Part shown: positions 9,406 through 18,984 of the stretch, piece after piece
Numbering within the stretch: the stretch's first letter is position 1
Layout: each line of letters begins with the position of its first letter
Assembly: GCA_963759415.1 (NCBI GenBank)
Contig: CAVWZG010000002.1
Location: forward strand, 823,410 to 887,409
DNA length: 64,000 nucleotides
Direction: 5' to 3'
Origin: an uncultured Verrucomicrobiae bacterium
GTDB taxonomy: Bacteria; Verrucomicrobiota; Verrucomicrobiia; Limisphaerales; Palsa-1400
Translations under genes and position numbers: made by a program
The notes under the pieces: model-generated
What the model was told of the DNA's origin: nothing
The model's database searches: none
Seen by the model: only the letters and a program-made list of their open reading frames with translations

Positions 9406-9993
9406 CTACTTGACGGCTTCCAGGGCCTGTTGGATCAACCGCTTTTCTTCCAGGCCCAGCGGCAGCGCCAAGGCCCGGTCCCGCGCGGTCGGCGTCATCT
9501 TCTGCCAGGTCTTTTGCACGGCGTTGACGATCTTGTCCGCCGCGGTCTTGCGCGCCAGGTCCGCGAATTGAAATTCCAGGAACACCAGGCACAGCGCGTC
9601 TTCCAGTATCCGGCTGTTCGCATCCGCTGGGAAATTTTTCTTTAAATTCAAGTCCCGCACTTTTTCGATCATTTCTTCCCCATAGCCCGCCTGGCGCAGA
9701 ATCCCGGCCGACTTCCGCGCGTGGAATCGTTTGAGATCGCCGCGCCAGCGCAAGTATCCCGCCCGCGTCATCGGATAGCTTTGGCGCGGCATCATCCAGC
9801 GGCAAATATGCTGGCAGCGCGCCGCCAGACGCAGGCACTCCGGCGCTTCCGGCGCGAGTTTCAACACCCACTCCGTCAACCGCCGCGCGTAGAGCCATTC
9901 GCGCGGATGCCGGGCGCCGCCTGCGCTCTCCAGGTTTGGATCGCGCGCGTTCTCAGCATCGAAAAGCTCGATGGCCTTTGCCAAAGCTTCCAT
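9406..9993 (-). CDS. DUF4202 family protein
   Basis: 195 aa. ...HPREWLYARRLTEWVLKLAPEAPECLRLAARCQHICRW... resembles DUF4202 as I remember it. Confidence 0.6.
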   Translation of the reverse strand: MEALAKAIELFDAENARDPNLESAGGARHPREWLYARRLTEWVLKLAPEAPECLRLAARCQHICRWMMPRQSYPMTRAGYLRWRGDLKRFHARKSAGILRQAGYGEEMIEKVRDLNLKKNFPADANSRILEDALCLVFLEFQFADLARKTAADKIVNAVQKTWQKMTPTARDRALALPLGLEEKRLIQQALEAVK

Positions 9994-10039
9994 CGCTCAA
10001 CTGTAGAACGGCCGCCGCCCCTTGTAAATGTCCGGCCGG

Positions 10040-11452
10040 TTACACTTCCCAGCCTTGGCGATAGGCGCCTCGGATCAATTCCCCGGCTTCCGGCACGTTG
10101 GTGACGCGCAAATGCGCGGAATCCCACTGGAGCTTCTTGCCCAGGCGAATGGCCAGGTTGCCCAGCAGGACCCATTCGGTGAGCGGGCCGGAAATCTCGA
10201 AGTTGGAGCAAGCCGGGGGTCCGCCTTTGCAGGCCCGGATCCAGTCCTTATGCGGGCTGTTTTCCGGCACGCGCGGAATGGTCCTGGCCGGCCGTTTGTA
10301 ATCGGCCATGCTTGACTCCGGCAACAGTTGGGGTTTCGAGCCGTAAGCGTTGGCGATGATCTTGCCCTTGTCGCCAATAAATAACATGCCGTTGTCATCC
10401 ATTTTCTCGGCTTCCATTTCGGCGGGCCGGGGTGGTTTCTGCCCGGAATCATACCAGGTCAGGGAGCAAGGCGGCATATCGCCGCGCGCGGGAAACTGGT
10501 AGCGCAGGATGCACTCCGCCGGCGGCATCTCCGGCACGCGCTCGGAGGAGGAAATCATTTCCACCGTGTCCGGCGGGCCGAGTTTCAAAGCCATTTGCGG
10601 GCAATCCACGATGTGGCAGGCCATGTCGCCCAAAGCGCCGCAGCCAAAATCCCACCAACCGCGCCAGTTGCTCGGATGATAAACGCTCTTGCCCAGGTGA
10701 CCCTTATAATTTCCGGGCCATTCGTGCAGGTAGGGCCGCACCGGCGCTGCTCCGAGCCACTTGTCCCAGTCCAGGTAAGACGGGATCGGGTCGGAGCCGG
10801 GAGGGCGCAGAAGCCCTTGCGGCCACCAACCTTTGGCGCGGTCGGTCCAGCAATGGACTTCGCGCACCTGCCCGATGGAACCGGCCCAAATCATTTCGCA
10901 GAGTTCGCGGATGCCTTCGCCGGAGTGGCCCTGGTTGCCCATTTGGGTGGCCACGCCGTGCTGGCGCGCGGCCAACGCGAGTTGGCGCGCTTCCCACACG
11001 GTGTGCGTGAGCGGCTTTTCGACATAGACGTGTTTGCCCGCCCGTATGGCGCGGATCGCCGCCGGAGCGTGGTGATGATCGGGCGTGGCCACTGTCACGG
11101 CATCAATGTTCTTCTCCTTTTCCAGCATGACACGATAGTCCGTGTAAGGACGCGCGCCCGGATATTGCTTGAGCGCATTGGCCAGGCTATGGCCGTCCAC
11201 GTCGCACAAGGCGACAATGTTTTCGCTGGAAACGCCTTTCAAATCCGCCGCCGCCCGTCCGTTCACGCCGACGCCGGCGATGTCGAGCTTTTCATTGGGA
11301 GACTTGTAGCGCGGGCGTGTCGTGCAGGCCGGCAGACCGGCGGCCAAAGCGCCGGCGGCCAAGGCCGAAGTGTAGAGGAAATGCCGCCGATTGATTTGCG
11401 GCGTTGGGAGTTCGAGGCGAACAACTTTGAAGAATGTTTTTGTGCGAGCCAT
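10040..11452 (-). CDS. Gfo/Idh/MocA family oxidoreductase with twin-arginine signal
   Basis: Start moved to MARTKTF. INRRHFLYTSALAAGALAAG is a Tat-like signal. Rossmann-type DIAGVGVNGRAA and a typical C-terminal Gfo/Idh/MocA region. Confidence 0.8.
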   Translation of the reverse strand: MARTKTFFKVVRLELPTPQINRRHFLYTSALAAGALAAGLPACTTRPRYKSPNEKLDIAGVGVNGRAAADLKGVSSENIVALCDVDGHSLANALKQYPGARPYTDYRVMLEKEKNIDAVTVATPDHHHAPAAIRAIRAGKHVYVEKPLTHTVWEARQLALAARQHGVATQMGNQGHSGEGIRELCEMIWAGSIGQVREVHCWTDRAKGWWPQGLLRPPGSDPIPSYLDWDKWLGAAPVRPYLHEWPGNYKGHLGKSVYHPSNWRGWWDFGCGALGDMACHIVDCPQMALKLGPPDTVEMISSSERVPEMPPAECILRYQFPARGDMPPCSLTWYDSGQKPPRPAEMEAEKMDDNGMLFIGDKGKIIANAYGSKPQLLPESSMADYKRPARTIPRVPENSPHKDWIRACKGGPPACSNFEISGPLTEWVLLGNLAIRLGKKLQWDSAHLRVTNVPEAGELIRGAYRQGWEV

Positions 11453-11481
11453 AATTCCTTTTTCTGATACACCAAAGGCCG

Positions 11482-12888
11482 GTGGAAACAAGAGATTTAA
11501 TGAGCCAGCCAACCGCACCCCGGCTGAAGCGGCGCTTTGGCCTGCTGCAAGCGACCTCATTGAACATCACCAATATGATCGGCACCGGGCCGTTGATCAC
11601 CCTGCCGACGATGCTGGCCACCATCAACGGCGGCGGGCCGCAATGCATGCTCGGTTGGATCGCCAGTCTGCTGGTGGTGGTGCCGGATGGGCTGATCTGG
11701 GCGGAATTGGGAGCGGCCATGCCCGCCTCGGGTGGTTCTTATGTCTGGCTGCGCGAAGCCTTCGGGCGCGAAACCTGGGGCCGCCTGATGGCGTTTTTAT
11801 TTGTCTGGCAGCTCATTATCAGCGGGCCGATGGAGATCAGCACCGGCTTTATCGGAGTCAAGCAATACTTGGGATTTCTGCTTGGCGATGTCTCCCCGGG
11901 CATGATGAGAGGCATCAACGCCGGGCTGACGCTGCTGCTCTTTTTTCTGCTCTATCGGCGCATTGATTCGGTGGCCAGCATCACCGTCTGCCTTTGCCTG
12001 GGAACCCTGCTCACCGCGCTGGCGGTCATCGGCACCGGCGTGACACATTTCGACCCCAAGATCGCCTTTGCCTTTCCGGCCCACGCCTTCCATTTTTCCC
12101 TCGGTTTTCTCTCCGGCCTGGGCGCGGCCACGAGCATCGGCATCTATGATTACCTCGGCTACTACGAGATCTGTTATATCGGCGATGAAGTGCGCCATCC
12201 GGGCAGGGTCGTCCCGCGTTCCATTGTCTATAGCCTGGCGGCCGTGGCCGTGATCTTTCTGGCCATGAATTTTTCCGTTATCGGCGTGATGCCATGGAAA
12301 AGTTTTGTCGCCGCTCCGGGCAGCGACCCGGTCCCCATCGGTTCGCTGTTCATGCAAAAAATCTGGGGCCACAACGTCGCCTGGGCCTTCACGCTCTTGA
12401 TTCTCTGGACGACTTTTGGATCCATTTTCACCCTGGTGTTGGGTTACTCGCGAGTGCCGTATGCCGCGGCCCGCGACGGCTGTTTTTTCCAGGCCTTCGG
12501 GCGGCTTCATCCCACCAAGAACTTTCCCCATCTGGCGCTGGCGCTGGTCGTGGCATTGTCCGTGGCCTTCAGTTTCATCAGTCTTGGCACGCTGATTTAC
12601 GCCCTGCTGGCCTTGCGCATCCTGGTGCAATTCATCGGCCAGATTGCCGCCGTCGTTTTGCTGCGCCGGGCCAAGCCGGAGATGCCGCGTCCTTTCCGCT
12701 TATGGCTCTACCCGTTGCCGGCTTTGCTGGCACTGGGGGGATGGTGTTTTGTATTCCTGACCACGGAAGGCAAAATTCAATTGGGCGCCTTGGCGGCGCT
12801 GGCGGTGGGGATCTCGGCCTTTCTACTTTGGTCCCGGGCCATCGGCGCGTGGCCGTTCAAGCCGGGCCGCCAGGTTAATTCGCGATGA
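11482..12888 (+). CDS. APC-superfamily amino acid permease
   Basis: 468 aa and very hydrophobic throughout. N-terminal LLQATSLNITNMIGTGPLITLP is typical of APC transporters. The start could be 11500. Confidence 0.8.
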   Translation: METRDLMSQPTAPRLKRRFGLLQATSLNITNMIGTGPLITLPTMLATINGGGPQCMLGWIASLLVVVPDGLIWAELGAAMPASGGSYVWLREAFGRETWGRLMAFLFVWQLIISGPMEISTGFIGVKQYLGFLLGDVSPGMMRGINAGLTLLLFFLLYRRIDSVASITVCLCLGTLLTALAVIGTGVTHFDPKIAFAFPAHAFHFSLGFLSGLGAATSIGIYDYLGYYEICYIGDEVRHPGRVVPRSIVYSLAAVAVIFLAMNFSVIGVMPWKSFVAAPGSDPVPIGSLFMQKIWGHNVAWAFTLLILWTTFGSIFTLVLGYSRVPYAAARDGCFFQAFGRLHPTKNFPHLALALVVALSVAFSFISLGTLIYALLALRILVQFIGQIAAVVLLRRAKPEMPRPFRLWLYPLPALLALGGWCFVFLTTEGKIQLGALAALAVGISAFLLWSRAIGAWPFKPGRQVNSR

Positions 12889-15800
12889 CCTGGTAATATC
12901 GTTGCGCCGGGGGCGGGTTGGTGTCTTGCAAGGTGATGACATCTCCGGTGCCGATGACAATGGAAGCGGGCAAAAGCGTCCAGGTTGGATCGTCCAGGTT
13001 ATTCTTATATTCCAGGCTATAGTTCAATCCCGGCACACTGTTGACAGAAATGGCAAGGGCGCTGCCGGCAGTGAGAGCGACGCTGCCGGGGACGATGGCC
13101 GGCGGCAGCAGCACGCGCAACACCGCGGGCGCACTGGTGATCGAACCGGCGCTGTTGCTCACCACCACGGCATAACTGCCGGCCTGGCCGGGCTGCACAT
13201 TGGTCAGCGTTAATTGCGTCGCGCTCGCGTCCGATATGGCGTTGGTCGAATCGAAATACCATTGGTAGCTGAACGGCGGGGTGCCGGTGGCGACCACCTG
13301 GAAAGTAACGCTGGCCCCGGCCACAGCCACGACGTTGGAGGGCGGCGCGCTAATCGCCGGCAGCGCGCCGACGGTCGTGACGTTGATGGCCGTGTTGTTG
13401 CCAGAACCTGAAGTGGGAGTGATGGTGGCGGCCACGACGGTATTGGTGATGACGCCGACTTGCTGCGCCTGCACCGTGACACTGACGCTGCCGAATCCGC
13501 CGCTGGCAATGACGCCGATCGGGCACACAATCACGCCGTTGCTATAGACGCAGCCCGGGGACGCGGAGACAAAAGTCACCTGCGACGGCAGCGTGTCGGT
13601 TATCACCACACCCGCAGCCAGGTCTGGGCCGATATTCGAGACAGTGATGATGTAAGTACCATTCTGCACCACCACGAATGGCGAAGGAGCGGCGGACTGC
13701 GTCACCGACAAGCTCGCACTGTCTCCGCAGCACGAGTAGTAGGCGTCTTTGAGCGAAATCGTATCGACATTCCAGCCCGTGACCGGCCCGTAGTTGCCCA
13801 TATCGGTGCCACATCCCCAGCGCAACTGCACATTCTGGCCGGCGGCGGAGGCTGGAAGAGTGACCGTGGTCGTTATCCAGCCGCCCGAATTCCCGGTCCA
13901 CGAGTTTCTTCCCCCCAGCGGATTCCCCGCGCGAGAATAGAGGGTCCCATTGTAGCCGCCGGTCACGAAACTTCCGCCGGCCGAGATAATGTCGGTAAAA
14001 TTCCCGGAGCCAATGGCGATCTCCAACACCCCTCCGTCGTAGTAGGTCGTCGAGTGGTTGAACGTCGAGTATTCCAAATAATAACTCTGCCGGAAGGTCA
14101 ATTGGGCGCTGCTGGAGACGATGGGGATGACTGGCGAGTAGAGGTAAGCCGCTCCGGCAGTGGCCGTATCCGTGGCGAAGGCCAGATTAGGCGCGGTGTC
14201 GTGGGACGTGTTTGTCGTGACCCAATTGACCTGCGACCCGATCACGCTGGTGCTCCATCCCGCCGGCAGCGCGGGCGCGGTCACGCCATCGAAATTCTGC
14301 GCCAGGGTGGTGGCGGAATTCAGCGTGCCGAGCGTGAAATTAAAGGTGACCAAGCCCAAATTCGAGGCTCCGTCCTGAAGCTGCCAGACGACGGAAATCG
14401 TCTGTCCGCAGACTCCGCTGGCCGTGAAGGTAAACGGTTGGGTGGCGGCGGCTCCTCCTCCCACCAAAGCGCCGTAGGTTTGCGGGCCAACCGGCAAGAG
14501 CACCGCGCTGCTGGCCTGCAAGGTTGCCACCAGATTGGTCGTGCTAACGGGCGAAAGGTTAGTGAAGGAGAGATTCAAGGTCACCGTTTCACCCGGATCG
14601 ATGACGCCGTTGGTGGGTGCGCAGCTTTCCCCCGCCAACGCGGCCGTGCTAACCAGGACCGGAGCGGTGACCGGCGGCGCGAGGGCGTTGATCATATTGG
14701 TTCCATTGGGTGTGCCCCATCCCGTGCAAAGATCATAGCCAGCAGCCGCAAAATATTTGCTGGTGACGGTCGCGTTCGTATTATTGCCGACGGTGATGTC
14801 GTGAAACGTGGCCGCGTAACTGCTTCCCAAGCCCAACGCGTACAGGGCTGGATTCAAAAAGCCCACGGGTGGGTGTTGATTCATCGCGCCCTGCTGGTTG
14901 ATCAGCGCGGTGAAGGCCGCCCACAACGGCGCCGCGCAGCTTGTCCCGCCGAACTCCCCGCTCAACCCACCGTTATACAGCACCCACACGTTGTCCCCCG
15001 TCAGAGCCACGTCGGGGATATTGCGCATCGTTTTGGAGCCTTGATTCAGCGACATGCTCACGTTGGACTGCCATGACGGTATAAGGTAGGTTGTGCTGAT
15101 GCCGCCGGTGCTGGCGGCGGCGCCCTGGCTGGTGGTGAACCAATTCCACACTTTTTCCGACTGCCACGAACCGTTGGCGCCGGTGGTCAAAGTCGTCCCT
15201 CCGACCACCCGTCACATACGGGTCATCCGCCGGGGGAGCCGCCGCCCCGGTAAAAGCTCCACTGTCCCCGGAGGCCAGAAAAAACGATTGTCCTTGCGCG
15301 CCGAATTGCTGGAAGGTCTGCACCGTGGTGGAATTGATGCTGAAGCCCCATGAACAACTCAGTTGTTTGGCCGCGTTGTTGGTGGCCATGCAATTCAAGA
15401 CCGAGTTCGGCGCCGTGATATTGTTCTGATTCGGCCCCTCGTAAACAATCACCCCCGACAATCCCGGCGCCATCGAGACCGCCACCTCAATGTCCAGCGC
15501 GACCTCCACATTGTCGGCGCCGGGATTCCCGGTGGTGGCGCCGTCCACCGTCAAGCGGCTCACCGGCACATTCGGCAGGCTCGCCTCGCTTTCGTAGGTC
15601 GTAATATCCGAGGTGTAAAAGTCGTCCAGCTCAAACAATCCAACCTTCTGTCCGCTGCCGGTCAAGGTCGTGCCGGGCACGTAAGCCGTGCGAAAATCAT
15701 TCCCCCAATAATTACCGCCTGGAGCCGTCCCGGCCATCGGCTGGGCTGCGTTCATTTTTGCCGCCTGCAAGCTCTGCGGATGCGGAATGATATAATTATC

Positions 15801-16349
15801 CAGCCCGGTGATGGCCAGCACCGGCACCGCCGCATCCACCGATGGCTCGCTGTCCGGCGCGTAAAAGTTCCGAGACTCTCCCGGGTGCTTATAAAGCCGC
15901 AATTGCACGTGAAACGCCTTCTCGATTTCCGCCACTGGCCCGCTCACCTCCAACATCGTGCGATTGGCGTGGGTATGCAGCACGGCCAGGCCGTTGGACT
16001 TGGCGAAAGCCACAATGCCCTGGTAATCCTCCGCCGTCGGTCCGAATTGTTCGGTGAACTGCTCGGGCGTCAGGAATTGGTGGTAGGACGGGCTGGCCGG
16101 ATCGTAGAGATCCTCCAACAGATTGGTCAGCGTTTCCTGGTTGCGCAATGGCAGGCCGATCAGCACCGTCAACTGCCTGGACTCCTCCAGTTTGCCCACA
16201 GGCGACAATTGCGCTGCCGCTGCCGGGACATGGCCGTGCAGAAACTGTCTTTGCCCCATCACGGCGGGCGTCATGAAAAGCAGGATCGTCCACGTGGCGA
16301 ACCACTCTCGAACACCGGCTTTCCCCGCCCACTGGGGCAATTTTCTCAT
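12875..16349 (-). pseudogene. S53 (sedolisin/kumamolisin-type) serine peptidase with DUF11-like, Ig-like and C-terminal beta-sandwich domains; reading frame broken by a 1-nt insertion near 15209
   Basis: Upstream ORF: signal peptide MRKLPQWAG..., pro-domain, then EVALDIEVAVSMAPG and ASGDSGAF...PADDPYVT. Downstream ORF continues (V)VGGTTL...GGTSCAAPLWAAF (catalytic Ser). Deleting one G of the GGG at 15208-15210 restores the canonical PYVTVVGGT. Confidence 0.8.
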
Positions 16350-16592
16350 TATTGCGACTTGGCGCATGATTATGTCCGTAAGCGGCGCGGCAACATGGTT
16401 TCGCCGAGCATGGCTCATGTAGGACGAATCAGTTACAATTCTGACTACTGAATCTAACCTTTTCCAGCTCGATTTCAACTTACAACTTAGCAGGTTTGAT
16501 GCCGTTATCATCAATTTGCCGTTGCCCGCCGGGGCCGTTCGCCGCTTGCGATTCCGTGGCCTGCCATTACAATGCCAATCGTTATTTTGGCC

Positions 16593-17819
16593 ATGACCGA
16601 ACGGAAAATTTACTATTTCGATAACAACGCCACCACGCGCGTCGCGCCGGAGGTGGTCGAGGCCATGATTCCGTTCCTGCGCGATTTCTGGGGCAATCCT
16701 TCCAGCGCCTACAGGTTCGGCCATCAAGTCGCCAGGCACGTCGAGGAGGCGCGCGAAAAGGTGGCCGCCCTCATTGGAGCCGAACCCAAGGAGGTCATTT
16801 TCACCAGTTGCGGCACGGAAAGTAATAATGCGGCCCTGCAAAGCGCCCTGGCCACACAGCCGGGCAAACGCCACGTTCTGACCACCGGCGTCGAACACTC
16901 CGCCATTATCAGACATTGCGAATGGTTGCAGCAGCAGGGCCTGGAGGTGACTTTCCTGCCCGTCGATGGGGATGGCACGTTGGATCTGCACCTGCTGGAC
17001 AAGTCAATCCGGCCCGACACCGCCATAGTTTCGGTCATGTGGGCCAATAATGAGACAGGCGTGCTTTTTCCTGTCGAAGAAATAGCCGCCATCTGCCGCA
17101 GCCGCAACGTCCTTTTTCACACCGACGCGACGCAGGCTCCGGGCAAATTGAAAATTGACGCCAACGAGATTGGGTCGGACTTTTTGACCCTTTCGGCCCA
17201 CAAGCTCCATGCGCCCAAGGGCATCGGCCTCCTTTATGTGAAGCGGCGCGTCAAATTCCAGCCTTATGTCCTCGGCGGCCACCAGGAGCGCGGCAAACGC
17301 GGCGGCACCGAAAATGTCGCCTCCATCGTTGGTTTTGGGCGCGCGGCGGAATTGGCCCTGGAACGGATGAAGGACGAAAACTCGCGCGTGCGCGCCATGC
17401 GCGACCGCTTGGAAACGACCATTTTGCGCATGGTCCCGAATACGCTTCGCAACGGCGCCAAGGAACCGCGCCTGGCCAACACCAGCAATATCGCCTTCGA
17501 TTTCGTGGAGGCCGAGGGGATTCTGATGCAGTTGGATCACCTGGGAATATGCGCCTCCAGCGGCTCCGCCTGCACCACCGGCTCGCTCAATCCCTCTCAT
17601 GTCCTGACCGCCATGGGCATCAAGCCCGCGCGAGCAAAAGGCTGCGTGCGGTTCAGTCTGGGATATTACAACACGGAAGAAGAAGTCGATTATCTGCTGG
17701 CGCACGTGCCGCAGGTGATCGCGCGCCTCCGCGAAGCCGCCCCGGAAAAACCCGTCCGGGCGCACGCCGCCAAACACGCCTCCGGCAGCGCGCCCGCGTT
17801 GAACTCCAGGAATCCTTGA
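16593..17819 (+). CDS. cysteine desulfurase (NifS/IscS class V aminotransferase)
   Basis: MTERKIYYFDNNATT..., PLP-lysine motif SAHKLHAPKGIG and active-site loop SSGSACTTGS. Confidence 0.9.
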   Translation: MTERKIYYFDNNATTRVAPEVVEAMIPFLRDFWGNPSSAYRFGHQVARHVEEAREKVAALIGAEPKEVIFTSCGTESNNAALQSALATQPGKRHVLTTGVEHSAIIRHCEWLQQQGLEVTFLPVDGDGTLDLHLLDKSIRPDTAIVSVMWANNETGVLFPVEEIAAICRSRNVLFHTDATQAPGKLKIDANEIGSDFLTLSAHKLHAPKGIGLLYVKRRVKFQPYVLGGHQERGKRGGTENVASIVGFGRAAELALERMKDENSRVRAMRDRLETTILRMVPNTLRNGAKEPRLANTSNIAFDFVEAEGILMQLDHLGICASSGSACTTGSLNPSHVLTAMGIKPARAKGCVRFSLGYYNTEEEVDYLLAHVPQVIARLREAAPEKPVRAHAAKHASGSAPALNSRNP

Positions 17820-17832
17820 TAAACAATTTTAT

Positions 17833-18843
17833 ATGAAAGCCAAACCCCATATCGCCATTGTCGGCGCCACCGGCGCCGTCGGCATCGAAATGATTAAGAC
17901 GCTGGAGAAGCGCAAATTCCCCGTCGGCCAATTGACGTTGCTCGCCTCGGCCAGGTCCGCCGGCAAGCAATTGACCTTCCGCGGCCAGCCGGTGGGCGTG
18001 CAGGAATTGACCGCCGCCTCGTTCAAGGGCATCGACATCGCCCTGTTTAGCGCGGGCGGCGGCATCTCCACCGAATTCGCGCCCAAGGCCGTTCTGGCCG
18101 GCTGCGTAGTCGTGGACAATTCCAGCGCCTTTCGCATGGACAAGACCGTGCCGCTGGTGGTGCCGGAAATCAACGCCGCGGACATCGCGCTGCACAAAGG
18201 CATCATCGCCAACCCGAACTGCACGACGGCCATTACGCTCATGGCGCTCTATCCATTGCACCAGGCCTTCGGCGTGAAGAGAATTTTCGCCTCCACTTAC
18301 CAGGCCGTTTCCGGCACCGGGGCCATGGCCATCGAGGAATTGAAGCGCCAGGTCCGGCAGGTGGTGGCCGGCGAGCCGGTGACACGGGAAGTGTATCCGC
18401 ACCAGATCGCCTTCAACGTTCTGCCGCAAGTGGATGTTTTCCTGCCCAACGGCTACACCAAAGAAGAGGCCAAGATGGAAAACGAAGGCCGCAAAATCAT
18501 GCATCATCCTGGATTCCGCGCCAGTGTGACCTGCGTGCGCGTGCCGGTTTACCGGGCGCACTCGGTGGCCGTGAGCGCGGAATTTGAGAAGCCGGTCACA
18601 GTGGAAGCCGCCCGCGCCGTGCTGGCCCGCGCCCCGGGCCTGGACGTGGTGGACAACCCCGCCAAGCAGGAATATCCGCTGCCCCTTTACGCCAGCGACA
18701 AATATAATTGTCAAGTCGGCCGCCTGCGTCTGGATTGCGCGCTCGAGAACGGATTGTGTTTCTGGGTGGCTGGCGACCAACTGCTCAAAGGCGCCGCCCT
18801 GAACGCCGTCCAAATCGCCGAGGAGCTTCTAAAGTTGGCTTAG
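17833..18843 (+). CDS. asd: aspartate-semialdehyde dehydrogenase
   Basis: 336 aa. IAIVGATGAVG dinucleotide fold and catalytic Cys in IANPNCTT. Confidence 0.93.
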   Translation: MKAKPHIAIVGATGAVGIEMIKTLEKRKFPVGQLTLLASARSAGKQLTFRGQPVGVQELTAASFKGIDIALFSAGGGISTEFAPKAVLAGCVVVDNSSAFRMDKTVPLVVPEINAADIALHKGIIANPNCTTAITLMALYPLHQAFGVKRIFASTYQAVSGTGAMAIEELKRQVRQVVAGEPVTREVYPHQIAFNVLPQVDVFLPNGYTKEEAKMENEGRKIMHHPGFRASVTCVRVPVYRAHSVAVSAEFEKPVTVEAARAVLARAPGLDVVDNPAKQEYPLPLYASDKYNCQVGRLRLDCALENGLCFWVAGDQLLKGAALNAVQIAEELLKLA

Positions 18844-18902
18844 GACTTCGCGAGTCCTTAGGCAGTAGGCTGGATAAAGAATAAGAGCGCGTCTTGGGTG
18901 GA

Positions 18903-18952
18903 GAAAAAAAGTGGCCGGATGAACCGATGTGAACCATCGAATTCATCCGGCC
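18903..18952 (-). terminator. Rho-independent terminator for the PATR gene
   Basis: Stem ggccggatgaa(c)cgatg / catcg(a)attcatccggcc at 18913-18952, followed on the minus strand by a U-run (complement of aaaaaaa at 18904-18910). Confidence 0.6.
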
Positions 18953-18984
18953 AATGAGACGTTTGTCCTATCGGCGGGACGCCG

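Noticed and set aside
9302-9898. 198-aa minus ORF overlapping the DUF4202 gene in another frame
   Set aside because: Gly/Arg/Ala-rich low-complexity product. The overlapping frame (9406..9993) has a coherent, family-like sequence.
13460-15076. 538-aa + ORF
   Set aside because: Antisense to the S53 peptidase C-terminal region, with Arg/Gly-rich shadow composition.
15195-15225. Programmed ribosomal frameshift in the S53 peptidase
   Set aside because: No slippery heptamer, no prfB-like +1 site and no downstream structure noticed. A 1-nt insertion in a GGG run is the simpler explanation.
17653-18813. 386-aa minus ORF
   Set aside because: Antisense to asd and to the end of the NifS-like gene.
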